A stretch of 64,000 bases of DNA from Malacoraja senta. Lineage: Eukaryota. The position numbers were made by a program, and so were the translations under genes. Position 1 is the stretch's first letter. Each line of letters opens with the position of its first letter. The stretch covers positions 1-64,000 of the forward strand of contig JAXLNO010000246.1 in the NCBI GenBank assembly GCA_038087875.1, in the 5' to 3' direction. Of this stretch, positions 38,581 to 51,579 are shown piece after piece. The notes beneath the pieces are model-generated. The model was not told the DNA's origin. It was given only the letters and a program-made list of their open reading frames with translations, and did no database searches.

Positions 38581-40583
38581 AACCTCCAGGAACATACTTG
38601 GATCAATGCAAAATTATTGTTTTTACATGTTAGAATTCTACGAAGCTCTGACAGGATAGACGTTGAAAGAATTACACAACGGGTTTGTGAATCATGACGT
38701 TTGGATCAATGTTTCAGAATAACATTTCACCATGGAGTTACTGAGTTAGGTGTAAAATACTCTCGAAAATATATCTGAGCCCACAGTACCCTCTATCCCA
38801 GAGAGCAGCGATGCTCGTTTGTTAAGTACAAACAGGGTTGGAGCGAATACATTTGTGGACATTAAAGAAAAGAAGACTAATGGATCTAGACGTGGAAATT
38901 AAGGTCACCCCGGTAATTGTGATATTGAATGTAGGAACAGACTCGAGTTTGGCATTGTGCATAAGGCCATGTGTAGCTGTGTCTGCTGGGGGCGAGGGGT
39001 GGCGGTTATCTCCAAACTCTGGGATCTCGGAATCACATCCTTCCTCTGCCACGGGATCCGTAACTTTCTGGCCCACAGTCCTCAATCAGTCAGGTTACGT
39101 GACAACAACTTCCTCACAATGACACTCATCGCCGCTGCCCGACAAGGATTCATTCTCAGTTCCCTAATGTTCTCCGTTTACACTCGCGACTCAAGGCCGA
39201 GTACGTCCCCAACTCCGGCAACGTGCTCGCAGACAACACCACTGTAGTGTGTCGGATCAGAAAAATGATGATGCGCAATACAGGCAGGAGAGAGAGAGAT
39301 AACTGACTGGAATCGTGTCTTGAAAATACCCAGTTGCTTCGAGTTGCTTGGCGTTATTATTACCACCCATCAGTCCAGCATCAACCACATAGATGAGGTA
39401 GACAAGAAGGCAAACTCAACGTTCGGTGGAGACAGACAGAACTTCTACAAACCTCTACGGATGGACCTTAGAAAGAATACTGTCGCGATACATCGCAGCT
39501 TAATTTGGGAAATGTTCAGTCCAAGACGGCTAGAAGTTGTAGAGATATTATAGACGAGGCACAGTCCATCACACAGACCAGACCTCGCACAATTGACTCC
39601 ATCTCGATCACGCTGCCTCGCAAAAGCAACAAACATAATAAAAGCCGTGTCCCAACACGACCATTCCTTTCCACCCCTTCTCCTGTCCAGTGGAAAGTAC
39701 AAGCGCTCGAAAGCGCACAACTACACATAGGAATAGTTTATTCTCTTCCATTATCAGAGTATTGTTCAAAACATCCCTACACCTTGGTGGATATATGTCC
39801 ATGGAACATATGCGCTATCATGCTGCGAACTATCTTCTGCATTCTGTATCTCCCCCTATGCTTTATCACGCGCCTCAATACGCATGGCATTAATAAACCT
39901 AAACATAAAGCCTAAATCTTAATGCCCCTTGCAACTTAATTGTTTTCACCTTCACAAACCAAGACTCATGGTTAATAAAAGCATTGCATCATTAATCTTT
40001 CTAGCTATGCACCCCGGCACGGTTGAACACGAATTTTACATCAGGTTCGATGATAGTTTTGTGTTTATACAGATCTCTAGTCCTCCAAATGCAAAGGTGC
40101 CGAAACGTTACCTATTTCCTTAGCTCCATAGATGCTGCTGCACCCGCTGAGTTTCTCCAGCATTTTGTGTACCTCCGGAATTATGCAATGTGGCTTGAGC
40201 AACGATTGTTCATTGTTCCAAATACCCGGACACATCGGGGTTGGGTGGAAATAAAGACCCACATTCAGCATGATATTCTGTATCATGAACTGTATTCTAC
40301 ATTCTGTATCTTCCCATTTACCCGATCTATTGCACTTGGCTTTACATTGATTGCTTTTGAGTCTGGAATATTTGAACCAAGTGAACAGCATGCAAAACAA
40401 CTCTTTCCACTGCAGCTCGCTACATGAGATAATAATAGATCTAACCTGACCAAATGACCCGTGAGATAAGAAATAACTCTGATCAGAGCGGGAATGTTCG
40501 TACTATCACGCTGACAGAGATTGTAAACGCGACACAGACGGTGATGATGTAAAAGAGAAGGTGATGAATGGCTGTTGACCACA

Positions 40584-43228
40584 AGTTCAAGTTCAAGTTC
40601 AAATGAGTTTATTGTCATGTGTCCCTGATAGGACAATGCAATTCTTGCTTTGCTTCAGCACAACAGAACATAGTAGGCATTGACTACAAAACAGATACGT
40701 GTGTCCATGTACCATTATATAAATATACACACACATGAATAAATAAACTGATGAAGTGCAAATAACAGATAATGGGCTATTAATGTTCAGAGTTTTGTCC
40801 GAGTCAAGTTTAATAGCCTGATGGCTGTGCGGAAGTAGCTATTCCTGAACCTGGTCGTTGCAGTCTTCAGGCTCCTGTACCTTCTACCTGAAGGTAGCAG
40901 GGAGATGAGTGTGTGGCCAGGATGGTGTGGGTCCTTGATGTTACTGCCAGCCTTTTTGAGGCAGCGATAGATCCCCTCGATGGAAGGGAGGTCAGAGCCG
41001 ATGATGGACTGGGCAGTGTTTACTACTCTTTGTATTCTTTTCCTCTCCAGGGCGCTCAAGTTGCCGAAACAAGCCACGATGCAACCAGTCAGTATGCTCT
41101 CTACTGTGCACCTGTAGAAGTTAGAGAGAGTCCTCCATGACAAACCGACTCTCCGTAATCTTCTCAGGAAGTAGAGGCGCTGATGTACTTTCTTAATAAT
41201 TGCATCAGTGTTCTCGGACCAGGAAAGATCTTCAGAGATGTGCACGCCCAGGAATTTGAAGCTCTTGACCCTTTCAACCCTCGACTCGTTGATATAAACT
41301 GGACTGTGGGTCCCCATCCTACTCCTTCCAAAGTCCACAATCAGTTCCTTGGTTTTGCTGGTGTTGAGGGCCAGGTTATTGTGCTGACACCATATGGACA
41401 GTTGCTCGATCGCTCTTCTATACTCCGACTCATCCCCATCAGTGATACGTCCCACAACAGTGGTGTCGTCAGCGAACTTGATGATGGAGTTCGTACTATG
41501 TCCGGCTACGCAGTCATGAGTATAGAGTGAGTACAGCAGGGGGCTGAGCACGCAGCCTTGAGGTGCTCCCGTGCTGATTGTTATCGAGTCTGACACATTT
41601 CCACTAATACGAACAGACTGTGGTCTGAGAATGTGGAAGTCGATGATCCAATTGCAGACGGATGCGCAGAGACCAAGTTCTGCGAGTTTGGTAACCAGCT
41701 TGGAGGGGATGATGGTATTGAATGCCGAGCTGTAATCAATGAATAACAACCTGACAAATGACTTTTTGTTGTCCAAGTGGTCCAGAGCGGAGTAGAGAGC
41801 CAGTGAGATCGCATCCACCGTTGATCTGTTATGGCGGTAGGCGAACTGCAGTGGGTCAAGGTTCTTGTCGAAGTAGGAGTTGATTTGCGCCATGATCAAC
41901 CTCTCAAAGCACTTCATCACCACAGACGTTAGTGCCACAGGTCGATAGACATTGAGCCACGTCACCTTACTCTTATTGGGCACTTGTATAACTTATGCCC
42001 TTTTGAAGCAGGTGAGGACCTCACACCTCAGAAATGAGAGGTTGAAAATGTCCGTAAAAACTCCAGCCAGTTGGTCCGAACACGTTTTTAGAACACGACA
42101 AGGTATACCATCAGGTCCAGGCGCATTTCGAGGGTTCACCCATCTGACGGGTTTCCTGACGTCGGCCTCTGTGACTGAGACTGAAATACCATCTCAGCGA
42201 ATGGGGGCTCTGGAAGGCACATCGATGTTCTCCCTATCAAATCGTCCGTAAAACGCATTGAGCTCATCAGGGAGTGATGTTTCGCCGACATTCGAGCTGC
42301 CTCCTGGTTTCGTCTTGTAGGAGGTGATTGCATTCAGGCCTCGCCACAGCTGCCGAACATCCGTCTCATCCTCCAGTTTGGAGTAGAAGTCCCTTTTGGC
42401 CTTTTTGATGGCCTTACCAAGGTCGTATCTGGACTTCTTGTAGGCCACTGTATCATCAGACGTGAATGCCCGGTGTCTGGACTTAAGAAGAGTGCGGATC
42501 TCAAAGTTCATTCAAGGTTTCTGATTGGGAAACACTCGGAAGGTTTTTGTAGGGATGCCGTCCTCCACACATTTCTCTGTAACGACTGTGGCGTATTCGT
42601 TCAAGTCCGTTGCCGAGTCCTTGAACATTGCCCAGTCTGCAGACTCCAAACAGTCCTGGAGTTGTTCCTCTGCCCCCTCCAACCAGCTCTGGACTGTCCT
42701 CGCCTCTGGGGGTGCTCTCTTTAACTGCTGCCTGTAGGCAGGAAGAAGCAGCACCGCGGTATGCTCGGATTTACCGAAGTGAGGGCGAGGGATAGAGCGA
42801 TAGGCATTCTTGATGGTGGTGTAGCAGTGGTCGAGGGTGTTTGATCCTCTGGTGCAGCAGGAGACATGTTGGTGGAAGTTAGGGAGTGATTTCTTGAGGT
42901 TTGCCTTATTGAAGTCCCCAGCAATGGTGGTAAATGCCTCGGGGTAAGACGTCTGGTGTTTGTTAACCACGGCGTGCAGCGCCTCCAGTGCCAGACGGAC
43001 GTCTGCCTGGGTGGGATGTAGACCACGGTCAGGATGATGGAGGTGAATTCCCTCGGTAAGTAGAAGGGACGGCACTTCACCGCCAGATGTTCCAGGTGTG
43101 GAGAGCAGGAGCACCCCCTCCTCTCCCTTTCCCAGATGCCAGTGTATGGTCCATACGGTGGATGGAGAACCCTTCAGGCTGGACCACTGAGTCTGGGGAG
43201 CTGGGGGTGAGCCATGCCTCTGTAAATC
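40584..43228 (-). mobile_element. Rex1/Babar-like LINE (APE + RT, several frameshifts), (tgaact)n tail
   Basis: [52 protein letters not shown] (40787-41983); APE IAGDFN, TLDHCY, GKSEH. Confidence 0.92.
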
Positions 43229-43229
43229 A

Positions 43230-44198
43230 GAGGGTACATTCCAGGGTAGTGCTGATGGAGTGACACCCTTTGGGGTTGTACTGATGTAGTGACACATTAT
43301 ATGGTAGTACTGATGGAGGGAACACTGTAGGGTAGTACTGATGGATGACACTGAGGAGTAGTACTGATTGTGTGGCACTTTGAGGACGTACTGATGGAGT
43401 GACAATCTGGGATAGTACATTTGAAGTGACAAATGGGGTGGAGAAGTACTGATAGAGCAATACACTGTGTGGTAGTACAGATGGAATTACACACTGTGGG
43501 TAGTATTGATGGAGTGACTCACTGAGGGGGAGCATTGATGGAATGACTCACTGAGGTGGTGCATTGATGAAGTGACACACTGTGATGTAATACTGATGGA
43601 GTGACATATTGTGGGTGGTACACATGTAGTACTGATGACGTGATAACATGTATGGTAGCACTAATGGAGTGACACTCTGTAGGGTAAATAGACATAAATG
43701 CTGGAGTAAATCAGCGGGACAGGCAGCATCACTGGAGAGAAGGAATGGGTGACGTTTCCGGGCGAGATCCTTCTTCAGACTGATGTCACATGAGTGGGCG
43801 GGACAGAGATAGAATGTAGTCGGAGACAGTAAGACTGGTGGGAGAACTTGGAAGGGGAAGAGGATGGAGAAAGATGGAAAGCAAGGGCTACTTGAAGTTA
43901 GAGAAGTCAATGTTCATACCGCTGGTGTGTTAGCTACCCAAGCGAAATATGAGGTGCTGTTCCTCCAATTGGCGCCAGGCCTCACTCTGACAATGGAGGA
44001 GGCCCAGGACACCACGTTCTGTGGTTGTCCTGATGGAATGGCATAGTTTGGTGTAGTGCTGATGGAGCAACACAATGTGGAGTAGTATTGATGGGGTGAC
44101 ACACTGTGGGGTAGTACTGATGTATGACATATTCTGGAGTAGTTCTGATGGAGGGACACACTTTAGGGTAGTAGTGATGGAGTGACAAACTGTGGGAT
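43230..44198. repeat. Diverged block of the 29-bp satellite
   Basis: gtagtactgatggagtgacacactgtggg-like monomers. Confidence 0.9.
43686..44012 (-). mobile_element. Penelope-like 3' fragment inserted in the satellite
   Basis: VLGLLHCQSEAWRQLEEQHLIFRLGS*HTSGMNIDF (GIY-YIG endonuclease C-terminus) plus hammerhead-like tail. Confidence 0.82.
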
Positions 44199-44615
44199 AA
44201 CCATATAACCATATAACCATAACAGCACGGAAACAGGCCATCTCGGCCCTTCAAGTCCGTGCCGAACACTTTTTTTACTTCCCCCTAGTCCCATCTACCT
44301 GCACTCACACCATAACCCTCCATTCCCTTCCCGTCCATATACCCATCCAATCTATTTTTAAAGGATAAAATCGAACCTGCCTCCACCACTTCCACTGGAA
44401 GCTCATTCCACACAGCTACCACTCTCTAAGTAAAGAAGTTCCCCCTAATGTTACCCCTAAACTTCTGTCCCTTAATTCTCAAGTCATGTCCCCTTGTTTG
44501 AATCTTCCCTACTCTCAATGGGAAAAGCTTATTCACGTCCACTCTGTCTAACCCGCTCATCATTTTAAAGACCTCTATCGTCCCCTCTTAACCTTCTGCG
44601 CTCCAAAGAATAAAG
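44199..44615 (-). mobile_element. CR1 3' fragment, (ggttatat)n family
   Basis: Near-identical to 11842-12300. Confidence 0.9.
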
Positions 44616-44749
44616 AACTAATAAAGAATAATAAAGAACGCTACAGGAGATCCTTCTTCCGTGTGGCTATCAAACTGTACAACTCCACCCCTTCTGTCAT
44701 GGGTGAGACTTAACTTTGAATCCTATGCCGTCGTGATGTGTATTTTTCA

Positions 44750-45047
44750 GCTTTAGTTTAGAGACGCAGTGTGGCAACAGGCCTTAGGGCACACTAGGTC
44801 CGCGCTGACCAGCGATCCCCATACACTAGCTCTATCCTACGCACTAGGGACAGTTTACTATTTTTTTACCGAAGGCAATTAAGCTGCAAACTTGTACCTC
44901 TTTGGAGAATGGGTGGAAACCGGAGGACCTGGAAAAGACCCATGCGGCCACAGGAACCACGTACAAACTCCGTACAGACGGCACCTGAAGTCAGGATTGA
45001 ACCCGGGTCTGTGACAGTGTAAGGCAGCAACTCCCGCTGTGCCACCT
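44750..45047 (-). mobile_element. tRNA-derived SINE (HE1/V-SINE-like)
   Basis: tRNA-like head with B-box gggttcaatcc on the - strand, V-domain-like core, (ctaaa)n tail. Confidence 0.8.
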
Positions 45048-45314
45048 CTATTTATAACCTTGTTTTTAAACGGCTTTTGAGCATAGCTGTTTAAAAGAAT
45101 ACCCAATGAAGGTTAAAATAAGGTTATTTCTAACTGACATAATTGTTTCTTTTAATGCAGCCAAAGCCTGGTAGCATTAAGATTTACAGTAATAGTAGAA
45201 TGAACAGTATAGGTCATTTGTACACTTAATTCAACTTAGGGGCCAGGATGATGAGATAGGGAGCCAGTCCTTTTGGAGCTAACATTTTTGTTTAGTTTAG
45301 AGATACAGCGTGGA

Positions 45315-46692
45315 AATAATACTGCTGGAATGATAACCTGTCAGGTAGTTCTGATGGTGACACATTGTGGGGAGGTTCTGATGGAGTAACAAACAGTGGG
45401 GTATAACTGATGGAGTAACATACTGTGGAGTAGTACTGATGGAGTTACACACTGTGGAGTAGTACTGATGGAGTTACACACTGTGGAATAGTACTGATGG
45501 TGTTACACACTGTGGAGCAGTCCTGAAGGGGTCACACACTGTGGGGTATTTATGATGGAAGGCACACTGTGGGTTGGTTCTGATGGTGTGCCATTCTATG
45601 GGGTGGTACTGATGAATCGATTCACTGCGAGGTCGTATTGATGGAGTGAGATAATCTGGGGTAGTACTGACGTAATGGCATTCAGTGGGGAAGTACTGAT
45701 GGATTGATGCGCTGTGAGGCAGTACTCAATGAGTGACACACTGTGGGATAGTACTGATGGAGTGACGCACTGTGAGATGGTATGGAAGGATTGACACACG
45801 GTGGGCTAGCACTGATATACTAACGCATTTTGGAGCGACATATTCGGGAGCCTCACTGATGGATTAACATAATTTGTGGTAGCACTGAGGGAGTGACACA
45901 CTGTGGAGTAGTGCTGATGGAGTGACACACTATGGGGTCGTACTGGGACCGACAGCGAGTGGGGTAGTGCTGATGGAGTGATGAACTGTGGGGAGCACTG
46001 AAGCAGTGCTAACATGTGAAGCAGTTCTCATGGAGTGACACACTGAGGGGTAGCACTGGTGAAGTCACAAAAACAGTGGGGTAGTGCTGATGGAGTGACA
46101 CACTTAGGTGAAGTACTGACACTCAGGGGCAGTGGACTGGCACACGGGGTGGGGTAGTACTGACGGTGCAATAGACTGTGTGGTGGTACAGATGGAATGA
46201 CACACTGCGGGTACTGTTGATGGAGTGACACACTGAGGGGGTGTATTAATGGAGGGACACACTGTGGTGTAGTTCTGATGGAGTGACACGCTATGGTGAA
46301 TAACTGATGGAGTGACACGTTGTGGGCGGTACTCATGTAGTGTCACGCTGTGGAGTGATAAAAATGAAGTGATCAAATGTATGGTAGCACTACTGGAGTG
46401 ACATTCTTTAGGGTAATCATGATGGAGTGACAGACGTCTCCGTGGTACTGATGGGGTGACACACTGTGGGGTAGTACTGATGGAGTGATAACCTGTGAGG
46501 TAGTTCTGATGGGGTGACACACTGTGGGGTAGTACTGATGTCGTGATACACTGTGGGGTAGTTCTGATGGAGTGACACACTGTGGGGTAGTACTGATGGA
46601 GAGACACTGTGGAGTAGTGCTGTAAGTGTGACACACTGTGGAGTAGTACTGCTGGGGTGACATACTCTGGGGTAGTACTCATAGTGACAGAT
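45315..46692. repeat. Diverged block of the 29-bp satellite
   Basis: Same monomer and orientation as 30030-33230. Confidence 0.92.
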
Positions 46693-46876
46693 TTTCATAT
46701 CGTTTCAAGGATTCTTTCCTTTAGTCACTATGATTGAAGACACGGGTTCAGGAGATAATCGAAATGCATTCACGAGCTCTCCCCGAGACATTCAATGCCG
46801 TCGAAAGGGAAGTCTTCCAAACACAGTCTCTTGATTAATAGTTTCTTTATTGTAGTAGTAACAACAGTAAGATATT

Positions 46877-48920
46877 TTTGGGCAGTTAATCTCAAAAATA
46901 TGAACTTCTGGTTGGAAGATATGGATCAACAACCACATTGGTTAAAGATGGAAAAGGAAGATTGTTTACCTTTTGAATTAGTTCGATCTTGTTAACCCCC
47001 ACAATATTGAATTAAAAAACATAGTGAAAATGCGATAATATATAGTGGTATACGAACTTGGAAACAATAAAAAATGACATTAAAATTGGATAATTTATCA
47101 CTCCTTCTCCCCATTGTAAATAATCCTTCATTTAAACCTTCTGTTTGATAAAGGTCTTGTACAATGGAAAATGTATGGAATTAAAAAGGTGGGACACCTT
47201 TACAGTAAACGTATTTTTCTTTCATTTCAGGAGTTACAACAGAATTATGGACTACATTCAAATATTTGTTTTAGATATTTACAACTTAGAGATTATGTTA
47301 AATCACATACACATGAATATAGAACTAGGGAGCCAGAGATTCTTGATTAATGTTTGAATAAACATCCTAACACAGATAAATTAATATCTCACATTTATAA
47401 TATTCTTTTAGATAGTGTGGTCCCGTCGACGGAACTATATAGACAAGCATGGGGAAATGAATTAGCTCAACCCATAATGAAACATATATGGGATGAAAGT
47501 TTACAACATATACATCAATGCTCGTTAAATGCTAGACATTCTTTAATTACATTTAAAGTACTATTCTAAAAAAAATGAAACAGAATTCATCCAAATATTT
47601 CTCCTATCTGTGACAAATGTCAATATTTAACCTAATTTAATTCATACTTTTGTAAAGTGTACAAAAATAAAAAAATTCTGGACGGGTATTTTTAAAATTA
47701 TTTCTGAAGTTGTTAATATCCAATTGGATCCGGATCCAAAACTAATAATATTAGGAATATCAGAACAACGCTTAAAACATACAACAACCCAAAGAAATGT
47801 CCTTGATTATAGTATAATAATTGGGAATAATGTATATTAAAAATTTGGAAAACCCAACAACTACCACAGTTAAAATGTCAATTATGGACATGTCTACACT
47901 TGGAAAAAAATTAGACATGTCTTAATTGACAAAACAGAATTATTTGCTAGAATATGGTCTCCATTTATTGATTTTCTGAAAGGGTAAATTGGTTCAACAC
48001 GGAAGCTTGACTGAAACTTTATTGAGTCTTGACTATTTTTCGAGTCGCGTCATCGCCCCCCCCCCCCCCCCCCCCGCGGCCTACCTACTGGATTGGCGCG
48101 GCCTTTCCTGCCGGCACCGACCAGAGCTGCAGCAGCAGCAGCGCAGCGTTGGATACATCGCGGGGTGTGCGATGCCTTACCGGGGATCGCCGTTTGGAGC
48201 TCCGGAGTGCCGGGCCTGCTGCACCGACATCGCGGAGCTGTGGTTCGCGGAGCTCCCAACGCGGGCGGCGCTGACCAACATCGCGGAGTCCTGCGACTCC
48301 GTCCGGCTCGGCCTGTGGACTTCGGGAGCCGTGGACTCCGGTGGGAGGTGGCTGATTTGGAGGTCCGGGCCGCTGAGGATGTTCTCCGTCGGGGTTCCAT
48401 CGTTCCCGGCGTGAGGGCCGTCCGTGGTGGCGACTGCGGGTGCTCGGGAGGCCCCGACTACAGGTGAACATCTGGGAAGATCGGCGGGGAGATCTTTGGT
48501 GCCGCTGTGGGGTTATGTTGTGTCGTGGACTTCTGTGTTTGTGCTTTTTTATTTTTTATTTTTTTATTGATTTATTATTGATTTATTATTTATTTTTATG
48601 ATACATGACTGTAAGGAAAATCCATTTGGTTGTCTCATCCGAGATAATGACAATAAATTGAATACAACAATACAAATAAAATACGAATTTGAATCCAGGA
48701 TTGGATGAATAATTACACTTGATAATCTACGGACCTATCTCCGAAATTGTGTTATTGGTAATTTTTTGTTCTTTCTTTTTTTCTCCCTCCCTTATTTCTG
48801 TAGCTCTATCTTTCAAAAAAAATCTATAAAAAATAAACAGCTGTGTTAATATGTAACTGATAAACAAATAGCGTTTTGGTTATGATATGTATATGCTTCT
48901 AATAAAAATATATATTTTTT
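46877..48920 (+). mobile_element. Decayed L1-clade 3' fragment, same family as 209-1490
   Basis: YFWAVN and IWDESLQHIHQCSLNARH; matching 3' UTR split by the insertion at 48018-48687; possible TSD taagatatt at 46868 and 48925. Confidence 0.85.
48018..48687 (+). mobile_element. GC-rich retroposon nested in the L1 3' UTR
   Basis: L1 UTR gactgaaac|tttgaatccagg corresponds to contiguous sequence at ~1157-1180 of the other copy; ends gacaataaa..(aatac)n. Confidence 0.75.
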
Positions 48921-49329
48921 AAACTAAGATATTCATCCAAACTTCTTCTTGTATAAATACATTTTGATCTTACTCATGCACGATCTTCCCCCATGCTTCT
49001 TCCAATTAAATTAAAACTACTAGCAAGTCTGCGCGAGAATCCCAGCCGCAAAGTCGCCTCCGATCTCCAGCAACAGCAGCTTCGTCCGACCCGAAACGTG
49101 GGGCTTTAATCGGCCCGTTCGCGGGGCCTTTCATCGCACGGCACGGCTAAGTAAACGGCCGAGGGATCTTCCAAGGCCTGGCGGGGCTTCAACATCGGCA
49201 GCCTCGATCGCCTGGACGCAGCAATTTGGCCGCAAGGCGATGGAAGATACCGCGGCCGATTTTAAACCGCGGCGGGCGATGAAAGGCCCCGTAAGCGAGC
49301 CGATTCAATTTCCGCTCTATCATCTTTGC

Positions 49330-49580
49330 GCCACCAGGACGTCTCCCTCCTCCAATCACCGCGATCAATGCTCAGTCCCACCCGACATCCGCCTCTGACC
49401 GAAAACTGCCTCCTCCAATCATCGCCCTGAATCATCATAACCCGCCCCCCTCCCATAGCCTGCTGACTGGCGTTTCTCTAGTCCAATCGGCGCCCTCGAT
49501 CATCAGTCCCGCTCCCCACTCTTTCGCCGAAAGCGGAGATTTGTAATCGATTTTTTTTCTCCGAATATAAAAATCCGGGT
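49330..49580 (+). promoter_or_regulatory. Putative promoter: three CCAAT boxes in diverged ~65-bp repeats, GC box, TATA-like motif
   Basis: CCAATC at 49352, 49415, 49483; cccgccc at 49441; TATAAAA at 49566; CpG-rich and not recognisably TE-derived. Confidence 0.45.
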
Positions 49581-49809
49581 TACAAAATATGTGGGGTGGG
49601 GATTGTCCCACTCCTCTCAAAACACGGATGGGAATATCCGCCCTAGGGCAGAGGGAGGGGAAGAGCGGGGAAGGGCAGACGGACAGGAGGGGCAGAGGAG
49701 AGAGGCAGAGGGAGGGGAAGAGGAGGGGAAGCGGGAGAGGAAGAGGAAGGGGTGGATGGAGAGGGTGAGGGAGGGAAAAGTATTTCGTTGATTATCGGCT
49801 TTTTTACAT

Positions 49810-50010
49810 CTTCCAATTACTTTTTCCTATTTCCATCCATATCACTTGTTCCCCTCTCCTCGCCTCTCATTCTCAGTCTGAAGAAGGGTATCGAGCCGAA
49901 ACGTCATCCATTGTTTTTCCCCCGAGATGCTGCCTGACCCGCTGAGTTACTCCAGCTTTATGTGCCTTTCTTCGGTTTCCAGCATCTACAATTTCTTCTC
50001 ACACAAAAAA
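49810..50010 (+). mobile_element. Penelope-like 3' tail
   Basis: ctgaagaagggtatcgagccgaaacgtc..gatgctgcctgacccgctgagttactccagc. Confidence 0.7.
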
Positions 50011-50505
50011 CATTTGCTCATCTGCTGTCTCTGCATCCAACGCCCAACTACCCGTCTTTTCTTCCCATTCAAACCCTTACCTCAAACAAACTAATTTCTG
50101 CTTCAGTTCTCCGACCAGCAGTTGGCATTCCGAGCAGTTTTCCAGGGAGAGTGACGGGGCATTTCCGGTTCCTCCAGTAGTCCGAGACTCAGACCCTCAA
50201 CACACCAAGGATCAATCAGCCGAGGCAACGGAACCATCGCCCAATCGCCAGTAAAAATTGTGAATTTGAAATTAAAAACTTCAGGGAAATGGCAGTAAGC
50301 TCCGTCCAAGATAAAACGAGCGATAGAGCGGATCAACATTATCGCCTTGTAGCCCGCGTCCACGGTGCCCAGACGTCTGCCACAGAAGGGATAATACAAT
50401 GACTCAGTCCTCTGTGAGTTCCGGAGGACAATGATACAACGGACACAGGTTTATCCAGTGGGGCGTCTCCACAAACGATCACTGCCCAAACACTGGACAA
50501 TGAAG

Positions 50506-51032
50506 GACATTGTTGCCATAGAGGGAGTGGAGAGAAGTTCACCAGACTGATTCCTGGGATGTCAGGGCTGTCTTATGAAGAAAGACTGGATAGACTTGGT
50601 TTATACTCTCTAGAATTTAGGAGATTGAGAGGGGATCTCATAGAAACTTACAAAATTCTTAAGGGGTTGGACAGGCTAGATGCAGGAAGATTGCTCCCGA
50701 TGTTGGGGAAGTCCAGGACAAGGGGTCACAGCTTAAGGATAAGGGGAAAATCCTTTAAAACCGAGATGAGAAGAACTTTTTTCACAGAGAGAGTGGTGAA
50801 TATCTGGAACTCTCTGCCACAGAGGGTAGTCGAGGCCAGTTCATTGGCTATATTTAAGAGGGAGTTAGATGTGGCCCTTGTGGCTAAAGGGATCAGAGGG
50901 TATGGAGAGAAGGCAGGTACGGGATACTGAGTTGGATGATCAGCCATGATCATATTGAATGGCGGTGCAAGCTCGAAGGGCCGAATGGCCTACTCCTGCA
51001 CCTAATTTCTATGTTTCTATGTTTCTATGTCT
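50506..51032 (+). mobile_element. Young CR1 3' fragment
   Basis: ORF 50559-50930 nearly identical to the end of 16206-16820; TSD atgaag at 50500-50505 and 51033-51038. Confidence 0.93.
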
Positions 51033-51038
51033 ATGAAG

Positions 51039-51290
51039 TCGCGGACAAATTGTCACCGCTCCGGACTGTGAATCAGTCTGCCGTAGTTTCAATGGCAATC
51101 GCTGCTTTGGGCGGGACTTGCAGCAGCAGGTAAACAACACCGCAGCCTCATTTCCACACAAAGGAAACCTGCACCGACCCTCCCAGTAACCTGCCGCCGC
51201 TCCCCGTCTCTATTGGCAACCGCCGCCTCAGCCAGAGAGTTGGGGGCGGGCGCGGAGTACACCTGGGCTCACAACAGAGCCAGTTATACA
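51039..51290. promoter_or_regulatory. CpG-rich promoter-like segment with RFX X-box-like, GC-box and MYB-like motifs
   Basis: gtttcaatggcaat 51086-51099; gtctctattggcaac 51206-51220; GGGCGG at 51109 and 51244; cagtta at 51281. Confidence 0.42.
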
Positions 51291-51579
51291 GCGAGCTGCA
51301 GAACAAAGGGAGCAGGGAACAGCACAGCACATAAACTGATGCTGGGAACAAAGAACTGTAGACGCTGGTTTATTCACACAAGGACACTGTGAACCGAAGA
51401 ATACGATACGTATAATCCCCAAACCGAAACCATGGGCGATCCGTGAGCTCCATTCACAGGGGAATCTCAAGTCTCAAGAAGGGTCTCGACCCGAAACGTC
51501 ACTACTCCTTCGCTCCATAGATGCTGCCTCACCCGCTGCGTTTCTCCAGCATTTTTGTCTACCTTCAAGTTTTATTTTC

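Noticed and set aside
30030..46700. CRISPR-like array of ~29-bp repeats
   Set aside because: Monomers are head-to-tail with no unique spacers, no cas genes, and the context is vertebrate
47989..48471. Overlapping GC-rich ORFs on both strands (also 33.4-33.9, 38.0-38.6, 57.0-57.5 kb)
   Set aside because: Stop-poor GC-rich retroposon bodies, not host genes or true CpG-island promoters
50107..50500. Possible coding exon after the acceptor-like ctaatttctgcttcag
   Set aside because: All three frames close within ~50 codons and no homology is recognisable; kept only as part of the non-coding promoter hypothesis
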